A stretch of 22,842 bases of DNA, taken from NCBI GenBank assembly GCA_026025075.1, contig JAPEUI010000006.1, positions 248,001-270,842 of the forward strand, in the 5' to 3' direction. A program made the position numbers and the translations under genes. Source of the DNA: Vezdaea acicularis. Lineage: Eukaryota. The number at the start of each line of letters is the position of its first letter. The stretch's first letter is position 1. Positions 10,538-21,082 of this stretch are shown piece after piece. Below the pieces are notes generated by a model. It had not been told where the DNA came from. It saw only the letters and a list, made by a program, of their open reading frames with translations, and made no database searches.

Positions 10538-12060
10538 ATGCCCTCTTTCAAGGGGATCAACGTATCGCTGATATCTCAGCACGGTATTCTGAAAGCGCCT
10601 GAGTATGATACCAAAAAATATCACTGCGCCGATACGTTCGTGCATGCTCTGGAGGATGATGACGATGGGTTCAGAGCTCAGTCTCTCAGGGAAGTCTACT
10701 GTCCAGCTCTTGGGGGCTCACAGTTCTGGATACGTTACGATATCGAACATTTAGTCCTCAAGACTATGGTTTATTTTCGGCTCTTCCTTGATGGAAAAGA
10801 GATCGTGAGCTGGGGCGTTGGGCAGAGAGAAGGCTGGATGGGAAAGGTCTTGTTCGGGTTGAAGGATACAGAAAACGGGCTGGAAAAACGACTTTTTATG
10901 TTTGGACCTGATCCTTGCAATGGTTCAATTGAGTTGAGGGCCTATAGAGCAAGGTCAAGGAGGAGAGTACCAATATCTGATGCTGCAGAGGCAAAGGAAG
11001 ATTGTGGAAGTCCAGGATTTAAGTGAGCAGTACCCTGCTACACTTCTTCGATTATGTAATAATGGCTCTTAGACTCCTTAATGTGGGGAAGGTGGACAAA
11101 AGCCATCCTACTGACTATTATCAGTTCACCCTTCGTGATCCGCTTGACAAACCGTTTGTCACCTTCCGCTATCACATGAGGACATGGGATCAATTTGAGG
11201 AGCTAGGCTTCATTACGCCGTCGGCTAGCATTTCAGATGATGAACTGGATACGTGTTCAGAAGTTCTTTCATCGGAAGGAAAAGAGACGGACTTGGAGAG
11301 GAGCCCCTTGTCACAAAGCGAATCGGTTTCCTCGAGCGAGAAATTTAGTGAGACTCCTATTGCTATGACTTTACAAAGGACATCACCAGAATCTCCAAGT
11401 AGCTCAACTCATGGGAGACTGTCTCGGTCCAAGATAATCAGGTTTCCGACCCACTTGTCCGAAGCTGCTGGTTCAGTCGCTCCTCAATCTATTTCCGCAC
11501 CACCACCCTCGCCATCTAGGATAAGCCCAATAGCTGAAGATACGGATCGCTTCGAATTGACACCCTCGCCACCGCCTTCGTCATCTAAGATGGTTAGAAC
11601 AACTCAAGATATAACCGCTGACGAACAAGTTCCCTCATCACCTCCTCACCCCTCTAGTTTCATCTCCACAGCTCGAAATATGCCAAAGGAGTATGATGAT
11701 AGTTTAGGGTATAGAGTTACGGTAACGGCGGGATGTGAAGTCAAGAAGCTTGGCTGGTTACGCAAAAGGATAAGCCCAGTCAAGAAAGAACAAGATCGCG
11801 AAGGAGCTCACTCCCCAAGTCCGGTATGGTGGAGAAGACGGAAAAGACGTCCTGGGCATAAAGGAAGCTTAGCTCAAATTGATGAAGCTGCTTTTAGCTT
11901 GGATGCTACTGGAGGCATCAAACTGGAGAACTCTCCGGAGGAGCAAAGCCCGCTGCTTCGGAAAAGCAGGAGTGGGATGCTGAGGTCAATAATCAACCAT
12001 GCAACAAGAAGACAACGTGAGAGCTCACAAAGTTTCGCCAAGACGCCTTTGCTATCCTAA
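10538..12060 (+). CDS. Fungal hypothetical protein (N-terminal beta-rich domain, possibly DUF7918-like; Ser/Pro-rich disordered C-terminus); exons 10538-11022, 11073-12060
   Basis: Two long ORFs joined in frame by intron GTGAGC..TAG (11023-11072). Motifs YFRLFLDGKEIVSWG and DPLDKPFVTFRYHMRTW. The domain name is recalled, not verified. Confidence 0.75.
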
Positions 12061-12414
12061 CGGTTGCATCTCGTGTGGGAAGGCATCACTACCATGCTAT
12101 AGTTTAGAAATTACCTCATTAATTGGTGAGCACGAAATTCTCTCCTCCTTCTTGGTGAAGACAGCTGTAAATTCGAGAAGGTCTCGCCTCTTGACTGTTT
12201 GCGTTTGTATGACGACCCATCATAAGTTCAGAATGATGGCGTTCGATTTATATCGGCCAATTGTTTCCTACGTTTGTATTCGATTGAAACCAGTATTTTT
12301 GTTTGAAATTCAAGGTAGCCTTTACAAAAACACTGAACGGTGAAACCAAAGACTCTGAGAGTGATTCATTCGAAGATCTTGATACAAAGCCCTGCCAACC
12401 ATTATCCAACCCAT

Positions 12415-12871
12415 CTATTTCGTACCTAATACCACTTTTGAGTCGTCTGATTTGTCTAGTAGCCCCAGGTTGCGTATCTGTCCTGATGTCGGCGCGTTCT
12501 CTCTTGGATGTGCAGCTTGTGCCTTTTGGTACGCATTCTGCATTGCTCTCGTCCTAGCCGCCTGTTTCCAATCCAGTTGCTTAGCTTGCAAGGTCAAGTG
12601 TTCGCAGAGGCTATTTGCCATATAAGGCTAGGAATAGATTGCACAAACCTCCTTCTTGTGATGCAGGCACTCGTAATAATCCTCCATCGCAGGCAGACAG
12701 ACCTTCTTCCCCGAGTCATCATCCGAGTTTGTATTTACGACATAGCAAGCGAGTAGCTCTTGCCAAAATGGAAAGCAGCGAGAGGGCCCTAATAAAACGT
12801 TTAGTCAATCTCTAGCTGATCAATAAAGATGTCGTATAATTACCGCCATTGAGGCCATAACCAGACGACAT
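12415..12871 (-). CDS. NDUFS5: NADH:ubiquinone oxidoreductase accessory subunit NDUFS5 (twin-Cx9C type), 104 aa; exons 12871-12844, 12788-12649, 12561-12415
   Basis: Spliced product MSSGYGLNGGPSRCFPFWQELLACYVVNTNSDDDSGKKVCLPAMEDYYECLHHKKEAARTRAMQNAYQKAQAAHPRENAPTSGQIRNLGLLDKSDDSKVVLGTK, with two Cx9C motifs. Introns 12789-12843 and 12562-12648. Confidence 0.93.
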
Positions 12872-13600
12872 TTTTCCCTCGAACCCTCTGTATATGGAAC
12901 TGCGTTTGTCAAGGGAGATTCCGAGCTCGCTTCACAGTGCTGGGGCGGGAGCCAGCTCAAGCGAATGCTAGATATTGAAGCTTCGTATGCTCATAGCACC
13001 ACTTAGGTTGCTCCTTGCCATTCAATGCTTCAATTGTAAGGTTCGTACTTGAGTAGTCCAATGCAATGAATCTATACACTGGTTTGGCAAATCCAACATC
13101 CACATGAACAAGCTTGAAATGAGTAACATCTAGAACGAAAAGACGCCGCCGGCCTAGCGGGCAAGACAAGGCCAATGCGCTGAGACGAGCGACAAAATGC
13201 ATTTGACACCAATTATTATTACGTAGAGCTATAAGTGATTGCACTTTTGACATAGCAAGTTCATATCTCTCACGAGCAAGTAATTTAAGAAGTCGTCAAT
13301 ATCAAGTCCCAACGCTCAATTTTGTGCAGCTCAGAGTTTCAGGGCCATACTGAAAGATGGCGCGGCTCAACGTCTCTAATCCCTATCGGCGTCAGCAGTG
13401 TGCCATCTTATACCGCCACCGATATTCATACGTGCCACTCATATTGTCTACTCTGATTCTGATTCACTTACGGCAATATTGACTGTGCGCACTAACCTTG
13501 TTCTGATCTGCTTTTTTGCATACCCATCGAGGTCGTCACTAGGTAGAAGCAAGCCGTTAAGACTCCCTTGAGGAAACGCTGATTCCATGCGCAAATCTTC

Positions 13601-16274
13601 ATGACCAGGCCAAAGGTCCATCCCGATCAACGTCAGAGGACTGCTCAAGCATGCGACAGCTGCAAACGGAGAAAGCAGAAAGTACGTGAGCCAGTGGCTA
13701 CACAAAGAGAGCGTACCCTAACATCACAACTAACGATAGTGCAATGGTTTGTGTCCCTGCGTAACCTGCGAAAAACGGAATCTATCTTGTACATACGGAT
13801 CTTCAGATTATGGTTCTGATGAAGCATCACCATCGAAGAAGCGGCTAGTTGAGCCTGACGCAGCCATAACCCACGCTCTAAGCGCGAAGTTAATCGGTTC
13901 CTCGTACCCCAGAACGCAAACGAACTCACCCCGAACTCCCAAACCTCAAGGAGCGCCATGGGGTTATTCAGAGGAGGCGAACGCGTTCGGAGAAGCGTTG
14001 CAATCACATGATAATGTCAAAGAAGAGCCCAATAGACCTTCAACGCAAGCTACAAATAGGCCGAATGAACTTGTTTCAATATCGAGGGAGCAGAAACCAA
14101 CAGCGATGTCCAGAGGAACCACACTAAGTGGAAATGACGAGGAAGCCGTTGTGTACACAGCTCCGCGTATGCTTCAGGACTCGACGGGGAGGCTTTGTCC
14201 GTATAAATCTTGCTTAGTGTCTCTATGATGTAGAAGTTTACTTGTTCTGTAGTGTACCTTGGAGATTCGGCCACTCTATCCTACCTTCAATTAATTCGGA
14301 TGATCGTCGAGAATGTGACTGGCCCCTCTCCCTTCACAACTGATCCAAGGAGACATCGGATTATGGAAAATTCCTTTACGCTACCACCTGGGCTAAGATA
14401 CACGCATGTCTTGCCTGATCGAATAACTGCAGACGTACTGCTTGATTCATTCTTCGCTAACGTGAGTAAATCCTAAATCTGTCGATCTTGAATATCCCTA
14501 TGCCTGACATGAAGTAGACATCTGGACTTTTACATGTGTTTGATGAGGTGTCCTTTCGTACTTCCGTGGAAGAGTGTTACAATGACCCCCTCGCAACCGA
14601 CCCTTCGTGGCTATGCCTCCTTAACCTGACATTCGCAGTTGGCTTAGTTCTTGCAACCCCGAGACCAGGCACCAATGATGAGGCTGTCATTGAGCACCTA
14701 CGAAATGGCTCGTTAGATCGAGCAGAGGTGTTCTTCATGAACGCCAAGAGCTTGAATGATCCCGTAACTGGATTCGAAGACGCTGGATTTTGGTCTATTC
14801 AAGCCTTGTTGCTCATGACCACCTATATGTTGACAGTATCAAAACGGAACGCAGCATTTGCTTACTTTGGTTAGTATTTGATTTGAGATCGCTTTGGTTA
14901 AGTTGCGCTTACTAAATCTTATCAGGTATGGCAGTTCGCTCTGCCTTTGCTCTTGGTATTCATCGAGAAGAGACAATGGTCATTTACTCGATAGAAGATC
15001 AGCAGGAACGAAGAAATCTATGGCGTAGCTTATTCGTTTTTGATCGTTTCCTTTCAGCCTCTCTCGGGAGACCAGTGGCAATATCTGAAAGTGACTGCTC
15101 AGGCGATACATTGACACCTCCCGAGGAGCCAACATTTCCAATGGCTGCAGATGTCAACCAAAGTAATTTACTCGGACTTGAGGCAACTGTTCGCAGCTGC
15201 CATGCAATTGGTATCATTTTGAAACGCGTCTACCAGAAGAGACGAATATCAACCAAGATCGCCCAAGACATTGCAGACATATGCAAGAGATGGCCTAACG
15301 GTCTGGCGCCAGTCCTGAATTGGCAACATGCTCTTGGAGCAGTTCCAAGACAGGCTGTCGCTATCCTGCACGCTAATCTCTTCTATTGTCATTCGATCAT
15401 TCTCCTCACTCGCCCATTCTTTCTCTTTCTACTCAATGCAAAGGTCCAAAAGGGGCGCCCTTCCACAACAATACCACTTCAAAGGCCTGGGGGCCGCATG
15501 GAAAAATTCGCGGCAGCGTGCGTCACTGCATCTTCGCACAGTGTTGAATTGTGCCTAAACGCATTTCAGGGAGGCTGCTTGCAGCGGAGAAACCCTTTTG
15601 TCATGTATGTCCGCCCCTCTCTCCTGATTTATATATTTAAGTTAAATTGACACCGGAATAGCTATTTCTTGTTCACGTCTGCACTTGTGCTTCTCTCCTC
15701 TGAATTTTCCAGCCCATCCGCAACACCTCCGGAGACAATAACCAAAGCTATTACCATAATGGCATACTGCGCCGAGGCAGATCCACAGGCCAACCGACTT
15801 CTCTATATCCTCAGCACATTTCGTGATGTAGTGAATTCACGCTACCTCAACAGAAACCATCAACTTGCCGGCGGAGATCCGAATACTGCAATCTTCAAAG
15901 AAGCGGATGAAAGTGCGATCTTCACGCCCGCCGGTGGGTTACAGGCAAGTCTGACCAGCCCAAGAGCAGAAGTAGAGCGCCCTTCCATCGGCAGCCAGAA
16001 CTTAGGTCCTGTTGTACAACAACGTCGCAAGGGCAGTTTTGGGGTAGACCTGCAAAGTATAGGTAATTCTCTGACAGTAGGGAGCGATGAAAGCTCAAAT
16101 GGTGATGAGGCTTTTGACTTCGAGACATTCTGGAATTGGCCGGCCAATACTCCTGTGAATGAAGAAATCAGAGAAGGAATTGTTGATTCTAGGAACGAGC
16201 AAGGCAATATTAATAATGGTAGTGCAGTGAACGAAGCCAGCGTACCGCTTTTCGGTATGGTAGATATTCAGTAA
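13601..16274 (+). CDS. Zn(II)2Cys6 transcription factor with fungal-specific TF (middle homology) domain; exons 13601-13681, 13740-14196, 14253-14461, 14518-14869, 14926-15604, 15662-16274
   Basis: ACDSCKRRKQK|CNGLCPCVTCEKRNLSCTY binuclear cluster; YLGDSATLSYL; GMAVRSAFALGIHR...RRNLWRSLFVFDRFLSASLGRP. Five GT-AG introns keep the frame. Confidence 0.93.
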
Positions 16275-17036
16275 GGTTACATGGTGCCGGGACTCAGAAA
16301 AAACGTTGGACAAATGGCAAGTTTAGGACTACACGATCCTGCGCTTGGAAATTGAATGTACAAATTATCCATTTGGCACCAAATAGTGCACCAACAGAAG
16401 CGTACATAGAGCAGGGACGTTTCGATAGACTGACAGCATAAAGGAGGGGGAGAAGACAGAACAGAATAATTAATCTACAGATTTACTCAAGTCAAGTCAT
16501 CCAGTCATATGGCCCCTTTCCTCGTGCTAATTGCTCACTACCACAACTGAGCCATTGCTCTTCCGTAGCGACCCTCGTCACACATATGATATGTATTTTC
16601 ATGCAAGGACGTGACGCCATCACGCCCCTGCAACTTTAGCTTGAATTTAAGCATGGGCGATTCAAGTCTAAACTTTCACCATGGGAGGGGGCGGGTATTC
16701 CTCAAAGCGGCAGCCGGATTTTCGCCTCTTAGGCATGTACCAGGATCATGGTATTGAGAAAAACATGTTTGATTGTTTGATTGCTGGAATCTACAAAAAC
16801 TTACAAAGGTGCTTGTGCGCAGAATGTAGGTTCAAGAAACACTCATTTGGTTTGTATCCATCAAAGTGGAACGATGGTCTAATCACGTACCCTCTATCTA
16901 TCGAATCAAGCCCAAACACCTCTCTAATGCCTTAGCCACCAGCCACTAAATACATGTAGATCTCCATAACCTCCAATTACAGCCGGCTATGTCAAAAGAT
17001 CATCTATGATTTCAACTGTACGCCCACCATGCCTTA

Positions 17037-17966
17037 TCAGTCTATGAACTTAGCCAATTTGAAATCATACTCTAGCTGAAACTGTGCTTTCGGATCCCCC
17101 TTTCTTTCCAGAAAATCAACCACCAACTCCTCTTTGACTGCAAACACTGCGTCATCCGTCACATAGCGATCTCTCCTATCAAATATTTGTGTGGTCAGGG
17201 GCCGATAGCCAGGAGCCTTTAGCACCAAATGGATGTGAGCCGGACGCATAGGATGTCTGTCCAGAAGCGCCAACAACCTTCCCGCAGGCCCGTCATCCGG
17301 TATTGGATATGACGTCGGTCGCAGGCAGTAGAACGCATACTCACCTGAAGCTGGCGTGGTGAATCGCCCACGAAGGTTCATATCCGGCTGAGAAGGGTCT
17401 TGCTGTTCGTACAGCCCGTTGGGCGCCGTATGCCATATGTCTAACTCTGCCCCCTCGATGCCCTGGCCCGTCTTGTGGTCCACTACCCTACCATACATAT
17501 AAGTATGGTCACCGTCTGGGATCCCGTGCACAATCGAGCTTCTCATCGGGAGCCTAGGAGCGTCTGCTCTCCAGAACGGACCTAGAATGGCCGAGGCTGT
17601 GGGAGCGGAATCAGCATGTGCAAGCTGAGATGTCGTTATGCTATCCACGAGGGACTCAAGCCCTATAACGTCGCACAGCATCTGGCCTTCGTTACGACGA
17701 TCCGTCGACATCTTGCCGCTCTGGTTTATGAGTTCCACGCCTGCCATCCATTCGTCCACCGTGATCTCATTCTCACGTGCCCAGTCATGGAGGTGCTGGA
17801 TTAAGGATCCAACTGTTTTGGCGACTCGTGGGTGGGCTTTTGGACCTGTGGCGGCAATCACATTCGCTGTGAAGGAAGAATCGAGTGCAGTTTTGGGCGG
17901 ACGAGGTTCCAATTTGGAAGCTCTGCCGTTTAGTAGTTGCGTAGATTTGAACTGCAGCGGCGTCAT
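17037..17966 (-). CDS. Intradiol ring-cleavage dioxygenase, catechol 1,2-dioxygenase type (intronless)
   Basis: TASAILGPFWR, DIWHTAPNGLYEQQD, NLRGRF, RPTSYPIPDDGPAG, RHPMRPAHIH: the 2-Tyr/2-His Fe(III) ligands are present. Start taken at ATG 17966, downstream of a TATA box. Confidence 0.92.
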   Translation of the reverse strand: MTPLQFKSTQLLNGRASKLEPRPPKTALDSSFTANVIAATGPKAHPRVAKTVGSLIQHLHDWARENEITVDEWMAGVELINQSGKMSTDRRNEGQMLCDVIGLESLVDSITTSQLAHADSAPTASAILGPFWRADAPRLPMRSSIVHGIPDGDHTYMYGRVVDHKTGQGIEGAELDIWHTAPNGLYEQQDPSQPDMNLRGRFTTPASGEYAFYCLRPTSYPIPDDGPAGRLLALLDRHPMRPAHIHLVLKAPGYRPLTTQIFDRRDRYVTDDAVFAVKEELVVDFLERKGDPKAQFQLEYDFKLAKFID

Positions 17967-18070
17967 ATCTATAGAAGCAAACGTCAACATGCAAAAAATA
18001 ATTGTAGTTTTCACGACCAGAGAGCAAGATATTCGAGTAAAAGCTTTCCATTTGTGAGACACAAGTACCC

Positions 18071-18076
18071 TTTATA
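18071..18076 (-). promoter_or_regulatory. TATA box of the dioxygenase gene
   Basis: TATAAA on the minus strand about 105 nt upstream of ATG 17966. Confidence 0.55.
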
Positions 18077-18267
18077 CTAGGGCGAGCTAACCTAAGGGCT
18101 ACTACTACAGATGTACAAAATTCATTCGTCGGGGTCAACACGGTTATATGCGTATGCAGGGGAGCTTCTTGACGGGGAAGCTCGGTCCGAGCCGCGGAGA
18201 CCTGAGCGCCTCCAATCATTCTTGCAACCAACATACCTCAACCAAAAGAGCTTCTAACCGTCACATA

Positions 18268-19668
18268 ATGTGTGAAATCGAGGAAACAGTTTCGTCGCTT
18301 GTTCTCGACACCTTTGACTCGCTCCCAGCCAAAAGCAAGCCTCGCGTTCATCCAAATGGCATGCGTGAATGGGTTCCGCTGAGCGGGATCGTCCTTTCTC
18401 GAGGTCCGTAAGTCGCCCAAGCTTCAAAGAGCACGCCTTCTAAAGCGATCACCAGGGCAAAGGCCATGATGAGTACCAATGCGTTTCTTTGGCCACTGGG
18501 ATGAAATGCCTACCGTCCACCAAGCTACCGCTCGCGAAGGGGAATGTCCTACATGACTGGCATGCTGAGATTCTGGCAATACGATGCTTCAACCGGTATT
18601 GTCACATTACGATTTAGCACAAGAAAGATGGTCCCTGACTTTGTAAAGCTTTCTGATGGACGAATGCTACAGTCTTGCCACCGTCGCAGAAGCTTCCGAC
18701 TTCGTCCGATGGAGAAGGAAGGAAGAGATATCGGAGACAAGCCCACAACCGTTCATGATTAAGGAGGGCACGGAAGTTCACATGTACTGCACAGAGGCTC
18801 CTTGTAGGTATCTCTCTTGCCTTCCAATTTGATGTGGAGAAAATTAACGGTTCGAGGCGCAGGCGGAGACGCCAGTATGGAGCTCACAATGGCCGCGCAA
18901 GACGACCCCACGCCATGGACGTCGCCCCTACCCTTCGACTCGAGTGCTGTTGCAAGCACGTTGACAGGACGAAGTCATTTCTCCGAGCTCGGAATAGTGC
19001 GACGCAAGCCTTCTCGACCAGACGCTCCGCCTACACTATCCAAATCATGCAGCGACAAGCTCTCCCTTGCACAATGCGCATCGCTTCTAAAGACCCCCGC
19101 GACCCTACTTCTCCACCCCAGCACAGCCTATTTACAGTCTTTGATCGTCCCACACGCTCAGCTCTCTCCGATAGGGTTCAAAAGGGCTTTCAGCGCCGAA
19201 GGACGGATGTCTCCCTTAACGGATGTATCCTGGAATGGGGGATATAGGTTCCAGCCATTCGTTTTCCGTTCGACAAGTCAGGGCCAGCGGGAGTTTGCCT
19301 ACTCACGACATCACGGTTCCACGGCAGGGAAGGCTGTTTCCAGTAATCTCTCTGCAGCGTGGACTCGTAGGAAGTCGGAAACATTGGTGAACGGTGTGCT
19401 TCAAGGACGCAAGCTCGGGGACCCAAGAGGGGCTTGTATGGCGAGCAAACGAAAGCTGTTTGCCGCCGCTGTTGCTGTGCTTGATGTTCTTGGCCAGAAA
19501 GGTGTTGGCAACGGAGTGTATGCGGCTCTGAAAACGGATAGCGTCGTAGCTAAAGTGAGAGAACATGTCAAGGAGGAGACCAGGGCCGTCCTCGGACCAT
19601 GGCCTAGGTGCGGAGGAGATGATTTTCCGCTCATAGAGGCCATAGCTCCCGTACCCAACCAACCGTAA
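18268..19668 (+). CDS. TAD1: tRNA-specific adenosine deaminase 1 (ADAT1/Tad1); exons 18268-18403, 18463-18595, 18649-18803, 18863-19668 (first intron boundaries tentative)
   Basis: EWVPLSGIV, CVSLATGMKC, LHDWHAEILAIR, HMYCTEAPCGDASM, RRKPSRPDAPPTLSKSCSDKL: HAE/PCG/SCSDK zinc-deaminase motifs, with no dsRBD. Confidence 0.92.
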
Positions 19669-19696
19669 TCTTAACGATGTCCCACTTCTTCCATAA

Positions 19697-20173
19697 TCAT
19701 GCCTCGTCCTTGACCACAAGTCTAGCCTTGAAGCGCTCCCTCGCCAGCCTGCCCTCCTCCTCCCTCCCCTCCATTCCCTCCAGCAATTCAATCTGCTTCA
19801 CCCACAGCTTCCGCCCCATCTCCTGGTCCTGCCTCACTTTATCCACCTCCTCTTCCAAGCGCTTGATACTCGCCTCATGCTCCGCCACCGTGGTATCGTG
19901 CCGCGCCTCGAGGCTCTGCAGGTATTTCTCCAGCGAGGCCCTTGTCGGGTGCGCGGCTAGTATCGAGGCCTTTTGGGCTTCAAAGTCGGCGGGTGAGGAG
20001 TGGGGGATATCAATAGGATGCGCGCCAGAATTGTCCGGCTGCGCTTCCGGGGGCGCTGGTGTTTGGAAGGGGGCTGTGAGCGGCTCGGAGGGCTCTGCGG
20101 TTATTTCCTCGGGCTTGGGAGGGCCGGCCAGCGCGACTGGAGGTGGTTGAGAGAGGGGGAGGGTGTCGGGCAT
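19697..20173 (-). CDS. Hypothetical 158-aa protein (Pro-rich N-terminus, predicted coiled-coil C-terminus)
   Basis: ATG in CAAAATG context; heptad-like EHEASIKRLEEEVDKVRQDQE; C-rich 5' and G-rich 3' skew like neighbouring real genes. No family recognised. Confidence 0.6.
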   Translation of the reverse strand: MPDTLPLSQPPPVALAGPPKPEEITAEPSEPLTAPFQTPAPPEAQPDNSGAHPIDIPHSSPADFEAQKASILAAHPTRASLEKYLQSLEARHDTTVAEHEASIKRLEEEVDKVRQDQEMGRKLWVKQIELLEGMEGREEEGRLARERFKARLVVKDEA

Positions 20174-20460
20174 TTTGGGAACAGAGTCGTATTGGAATTA
20201 AAAGCTTCAAGCCGTACGTAGGATGGCTGCAGACTTAGATGGGAATGTTATATGTTTCAGAGTCTATCCACGAGGAGATTTGTGGCCCGTAACTCTGAAT
20301 ATTGAGGGACTGTTGTCATTGAAGTGAGAACTTTCTCCGGAAGCTCAAAGCGGAAGGGGAGCGGAACCTCGCCGCCAAATCCCCTCCACTCCACCAACTC
20401 TCATCTTCCAACTCCACCACCTTACAACCCCAACTCTCCCCTTCCCACACCCCCAAAAAC

Positions 20461-20831
20461 ATGGTACCCTCCCCCTTCCCCCCCATTTCCAACCCAACAT
20501 CCCCAACTAACAATCCTCAGGCCGACAAACTCCGCGCCCAGCAAAACATCGAGTCTCTCCAATCACGCTACATCGGGACCGGCCACGCCGACACCACGCG
20601 CCACGAGTGGGCCTCGAACATCGCGCGCGACAGCTACGCCTCGTATATTGGGCACCCGCCCCTGCTAGAGCTGATGAGTATTGGTATGGGTGAGCCGAAG
20701 GAGAAAGTCAGGGCGCTGCTCATTGAGAAGATGGTTAGGGGCGCGGGGAAACCGCCGGAGGTAGGCGCGGCTCCTCTCTTCTGGGTATGGTGGGATGGCT
20801 TGCTAATACGGTTGTTTAGGTTCGGGATTGA
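20461..20831 (+). CDS. YSF3: Splicing factor 3B subunit 5 (SF3b10/Ysf3); exons 20461-20463, 20521-20760, 20820-20831
   Basis: M|ADKLRAQQNIESLQSRYIGTGHADTTRHEWASNIARDSYASYIGHP...KMVRGAGKPPE|VRD*. Introns 20464-20520 (ACTAAC/CAG) and 20761-20819 (GCTAAT/TAG). Confidence 0.95.
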
Positions 20832-20988
20832 TATGGAGTCTACTACTTGCTTTTCGGGGACAACTGGGCTCAGGGAGAACCTGTGGGGCTGGTGGCATAG
20901 CAGCCGGCTTGGTGAAGATGGTGGAATGTGGTGGACGATATGCTAGGTTCGTGTGCATTATAAGTCGATCAAGGGCTTGATTTATTCC

Positions 20989-21060
20989 AGCAACATGGCG
21001 CAGCGGAAGCGCGCCGGGCTCATAACCCGGAGGACCCTGGATCGAAACCAGGTGTTGCTA
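20989..21060 (+). tRNA. Initiator tRNA-Met (CAT), intronless, 72 nt
   Basis: Acceptor stem AGCAACA/TGTTGCT with A1:U72; D arm GCGC-AGCGGAA-GCGC; anticodon arm CCGGG-CTCATAA-CCCGG with three G:C pairs; T arm CCTGG-ATCGAAA-CCAGG with initiator-specific A54/A60; discriminator A. Confidence 0.97.
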
Positions 21061-21076
21061 CTAAAAATGAAGTTCA

Positions 21077-21082
21077 TTTTTT
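21077..21082 (+). terminator. RNA polymerase III oligo-T terminator of tRNA-iMet
   Basis: T6 run starting 17 nt after the tRNA 3' end. Confidence 0.8.

Noticed and set aside
12957..13253. 98-aa minus-strand ORF with faint resemblance to the start of a HET domain (LFVLDV...YRFIALDY)
   Set aside because: Lacks the downstream WIDxxCI core and lies in the NDUFS5/TF divergent promoter region; probably spurious.
16681..16935. 84-aa plus-strand ORF between the TF and the dioxygenase
   Set aside because: No recognisable motif or splice support; it lies in the expected 3' UTR/terminator zone of the dioxygenase.
17967..18062. N-terminal extension of the dioxygenase in the ORF track
   Set aside because: Begins at a GTG immediately downstream of the TATA box; ATG 17966 is the more plausible start.
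3179..20831. Two branchpoint-recognition factors (BBP and SF3b5) in one window as a splicing gene cluster
   Set aside because: They are 15 kb apart with many unrelated genes between; chance proximity is sufficient without synteny evidence.
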